Below, one piece after another: positions 24,351-27,695 of a stretch of 27,695 nucleotides of DNA. The notes beneath the pieces were generated by a model that worked only from the letters and a program-made list of their open reading frames with translations, did no database searches and was not told the origin of the DNA. Numbering within the stretch: the stretch's first letter is position 1; each line of letters begins with the position of its first letter. A program made the position numbers and the translations under genes. The stretch covers positions 1 through 27,695 of IMG/VR virus record IMGVR_UViG_3300020414_002409; one strand, written 5' to 3'. The stretch is from a virus (Duplodnaviria; Caudoviricetes).

Positions 24351-27300
24351 CTACTCAGCTTCAAGGAAGGTCTTGTCGATAGCGGTAAGAGCACCATTTG
24401 CTTTGTCGATGACAAGGAACAAATAATTGTCCGTACCGTTAATGTCAACAGGTACATCACCGGCAGTAGTATCACCAACCAGAGTATTAATGTTAGCTCC
24501 AGTTGTGACTTTGCCGTCAAGTTGCGTCTGCACGCCGGATGTCAAGCCGCCCAGGAAGTTCAGCTCAGCACCAGTTGCAGTGACCTCGACTCCATCAAGA
24601 AGAAGCGTGGTCATATCAATACTTCCACCAGAGAGCAAGTCGGTGGATGGATTGTAGGTAAGTCCGCTGTCAGTAAACAGGGATTCTGCAGTAGCAGATC
24701 CGTTGTTGGAATCAACGAACGTAACGTGGAATGTACCGTTAGCTGTCTGTTCAATGGTTTGAATCTGGCTAGCAGTACTCGGAGTTTCAATAGCAGTCTC
24801 CAATGCTTGCAGGGCTGCCTTGATGTTAGATGTATCACTAATCGTTGAGCCAGTGAAAGCTCCAAGGTTAGTGCTATCTTTCGCAACACCAGACAGGGTC
24901 GCAACATTGTCAATGTGGACTTCGTTAGCCGCAATCTGACCAGTAACTGTTGTACTGAAGTTTGCGTCATCGCCCAAAGCAGCAGCAAGTTCTTGCAGTG
25001 TGTTGAGCAGCTCAGGTGCACCATTTGTCAGCGCTTGAATAGCAGCTGCGTTGGTAGCAATACCAGAGAGGTCTACGCCAGCGACAAGGTTGTCAGCGTA
25101 CAGTTTGTTGACAAGGTGAGCGTCAGCAGTAGGAACTGCAGCTGCAGTCACGTTTGCACCAAACGAAGCAGTACCGTCAGCAGCAATAGTTGTAGAGACT
25201 CCAGCTTCTTCGTGGAAGCTGAAAGAAATACGACCATCATGTGAGTACAGCTCGATGTCGCCAGTAAGGGGTGCCGGAGGAATAATGGTTAACGTGCCAC
25301 CACCATTCGTGGTTGCTTGTGTAGCATTAGACTGATTGTTTGGATTTGAATCACCTGAGAACAGGAGAGAATCATCCCTGCCGTTATACCAGCCATTATC
25401 TGAAGTGACGGTCCATCCCGTGCTATCAGTAATGTGAACACCATCAACAACAATGAAGGCTGCAGATGCAGATGCTGCTGTATTAGTATTAACCGCTGTG
25501 ATTTGAGTGATGGCGTTTCCACCGCTGTAGGTGACGCCTTTGTCTGCATAACTATTGTTGATAGTTACGACATTTCCCGAACCACCACCGGCTCCAACAT
25601 TCAGATCACCACTCAAGGTGCCGCCAACCAGATCAAGCTTCAGAGCATCGCCGGCAATACGAGCAGCAGTCTCAACAGCAATTGCGTTTGTTACGGCAGT
25701 TGCAGTTGTCGGATCTGCTTCAAGCGTATCCAGTCGACCTGACAGAGCAGTATCGGCGTTAGCACGTGTAGTTGCTTCAGCTGACAGAGCACTAGCTGTA
25801 GTCGGATCAGCCTCAAGGATGTCGAGACGTCCATCCAGCAGAGTGTCGGCATTAGCGCGAGCAGTAGCCTCAGCATCAAGCAGGGTTTGAGTTGTCGAAT
25901 CAGCTTCAAGTGTGTCCAAACGACCGGACAGTGCATTGTCTGCATTAGTCCGAGCTGTTGCCTCAGCAGCCAGATCAGTGGCTGTGGTCGGATCGGCTTC
26001 AAGCGTATCCAAACGGCCAGACAGTGCGTTATCAGCATTAGTCCGAGCAACTGATTCAGCTGTCAAAGCTGCTTGAGTTGTGGGATCAGCTTCCAGCGTG
26101 TCAAGACGTCCAGACAATGCATTATCAGCATTAGTCCGAGCGGTTGTTTCAGAAGCAATCTGATTTGTAACTGTAGTTGCAAAGTTCTCGTCATCACCGA
26201 TGGCGTTTGCAAGCTCATTCAGTGTGTTGAGCAGCTCAGGCGCACCATTGGTCAGTGCTGCGATTGCCGAAGCGTTAGTTGCAATACCCGAGAGGTCTAC
26301 ACCGGCAACCAGGTTATCGGCGTAAAGCTTGTTGACGAGGTGAGCGGCATCCGTAGGAACTGCAGAAGCACTTACGTTTCCACCAAATGTGGCTGTACCA
26401 TCAACACCGATGGTTGTAGCACCGGGGCCAGCAGGTTGAAGACTTGCATAGCCAGAAGGTGCGGAGTTGGTCCAGTCAGCTTCTGCGAATTGCGCGGTAA
26501 GTTCAACGTTCGCAGTCGTGATGGTTGCGTGGATGAAGTAGTCGTAACTCGGAATACCAGTAAAGGTTTTTGCTAATAAGCCATGGACGTAAACATCAAG
26601 TTGTCCAGCATCAGCATCAAATGCAAAACCAGTAACCGTAGGGACAAATCGGTCAGGACGGATAGTGGAATAGTCACCATCGTAGTTTGCAAAATCGTTG
26701 CTACTACCGGCGTAAGACTGACCCCATTCAGTCCAGAAACCGTACATATTGTCTTGACCTGGACCTGTGGCGTATCCAGTGGTGGTTGGGGATGTACTAA
26801 TTGAAGAGGTATAAGAAGAGGTTGTACCACTCAGTTCCCAATAGAATTTACCGGTTTGTGGAATTGTTACTGTGGCAACAAAACCATCGTGAGAACTTGC
26901 ACTAGTAAATGTCTGGTTGTTATTCGACAGGACTAGTGAACCAGGACCACCGTTGCTTTCCTCTGCTTTGTTGGGATCCCAACCTTCTGTAGTTCCACCG
27001 CCACCACCTGAACCAAGCTCAATGTCACCAGTCATGGTGCCACCAGCCAAAGGCAGGAGCAGGGCGTCAGCTGCAGCACGGGCATTAGCCTCGGCTGTAT
27101 CAGCAGCTTGACGTGCAGCAGTCTCGGCATCAAGCAGAGTCTGTGTAGTCGGATCAGCTTCCAGTGTGTTTAGACGATTAGACAGGGCTGTGTCCGCAGA
27201 AGTACGGGCGTTTGTTTCAGCTGTCAGAGCTGCTCCAGTTGTCGGATCAGCTTCAAGGGTGTCCAAACGACCAGACAGTGCATTATCAGCAGAAGTCCGT

Positions 27301-27695
27301 GCGCTTGCTTCTGCTGTATCAGCAGCTTGTCGTGCAGAAGTTTCAGTAGCAATTGCGTTTGTTACCGCTGTTGCAGTTGTTGGATCAGCTTCAAGTGTGT
27401 CTAAGCGACCAGACAAAGCTGTATCGGCATTAGTACGAGCAGTTGTTTCAGTAGCGATCGTATTCGTAACCGTGGTTGCGAAGTTTTCATCGTCACCAAT
27501 TGCGTTAGCAAGCTCATTCAGCGTGTTGAGCAGTTCAGGTGCACCATTAGTCAGTGCTTCGATTGCAGCAGCGTTAGTTGCAATGCCGGACAGATCAACA
27601 CCAGCGACCAGGTTATCTGCATAGAGCTTGTTGACGAGGTGGTCATTAGCTGTCGGAGCTGCAGAAGCAGTAATGTTTCCACTGAATGAAGCAGT
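24351..27695 (-). CDS. large repetitive fibre protein (>1114 aa; N-terminus beyond the window)
   Basis: The frame stays open to the window edge. It has many SGRLDTLEADPTT coiled-coil repeats, three HLVNKLYADN...GAPELLNTL..LA.A.GDD.NF modules, and a SPRY-like insert (GKFYWEL...GFAFDADAG). Confidence 0.9.
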   Translation of the reverse strand, partial: TASFSGNITASAAPTANDHLVNKLYADNLVAGVDLSGIATNAAAIEALTNGAPELLNTLNELANAIGDDENFATTVTNTIATETTARTNADTALSGRLDTLEADPTTATAVTNAIATETSARQAADTAEASARTSADNALSGRLDTLEADPTTGAALTAETNARTSADTALSNRLNTLEADPTTQTLLDAETAARQAADTAEANARAAADALLLPLAGGTMTGDIELGSGGGGGTTEGWDPNKAEESNGGPGSLVLSNNNQTFTSASSHDGFVATVTIPQTGKFYWELSGTTSSYTSSISTSPTTTGYATGPGQDNMYGFWTEWGQSYAGSSNDFANYDGDYSTIRPDRFVPTVTGFAFDADAGQLDVYVHGLLAKTFTGIPSYDYFIHATITTANVELTAQFAEADWTNSAPSGYASLQPAGPGATTIGVDGTATFGGNVSASAVPTDAAHLVNKLYADNLVAGVDLSGIATNASAIAALTNGAPELLNTLNELANAIGDDENFATTVTNQIASETTARTNADNALSGRLDTLEADPTTQAALTAESVARTNADNALSGRLDTLEADPTTATDLAAEATARTNADNALSGRLDTLEADSTTQTLLDAEATARANADTLLDGRLDILEADPTTASALSAEATTRANADTALSGRLDTLEADPTTATAVTNAIAVETAARIAGDALKLDLVGGTLSGDLNVGAGGGSGNVVTINNSYADKGVTYSGGNAITQITAVNTNTAASASAAFIVVDGVHITDSTGWTVTSDNGWYNGRDDSLLFSGDSNPNNQSNATQATTNGGGTLTIIPPAPLTGDIELYSHDGRISFSFHEEAGVSTTIAADGTASFGANVTAAAVPTADAHLVNKLYADNLVAGVDLSGIATNAAAIQALTNGAPELLNTLQELAAALGDDANFSTTVTGQIAANEVHIDNVATLSGVAKDSTNLGAFTGSTISDTSNIKAALQALETAIETPSTASQIQTIEQTANGTFHVTFVDSNNGSATAESLFTDSGLTYNPSTDLLSGGSIDMTTLLLDGVEVTATGAELNFLGGLTSGVQTQLDGKVTTGANINTLVGDTTAGDVPVDINGTDNYLFLVIDKANGALTAIDKTFLEAE

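Noticed and set aside
23900-24520. 206-aa minus-strand ORF and other alternate-frame or antisense ORFs (e.g. 24261..24848, 26073..26576, 2049..2510, 3320..3685, 12340..12687)
   Set aside because: They are shadows of better-supported genes with biased codon usage and carry no motifs.
25620-27695. CRISPR-like or non-coding repeat array
   Set aside because: The repeats are in-frame coding units with synonymous variation.

Overview
A 27.7-kb fragment of a tailed phage genome, most likely a temperate-capable, non-T4-like marine cyanophage. The host is probably Synechococcus, inferred from petE, PTOX, NblA-like genes, a glutamine riboswitch, an NtcA box and a tRNA-Ser attP. The left arm (1-7.4 kb, mostly + strand) is a replication/nucleotide module: the end of a VapE-like helicase, a DUF3310 gene, and a T7-type family A DNA polymerase split into exonuclease and polymerase genes. 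It also holds three enzyme homologues (His-Me nuclease, Dam-like MTase, dCMP deaminase) that all lack their catalytic motifs, and an NtcA box + glnA-type riboswitch + DUF4278-like peptide cassette. The middle has an HNH gene overlapping an NblA-like gene, a repeat-rich ori-like spacer, a tyrosine integrase beside a tRNA-Ser 3'-end attP, PTOX and petE. The right arm (- strand) has small basic proteins and a large tail-fibre/adhesin cluster. The best novel candidates are (i) an in-frame UAG with a downstream hairpin/pseudoknot suggesting programmed readthrough of the large repeat fibre, (ii) the pseudoenzyme cluster, and (iii) the dual nitrogen-sensing cassette. All family assignments come from motif recognition by eye; no searches were run.
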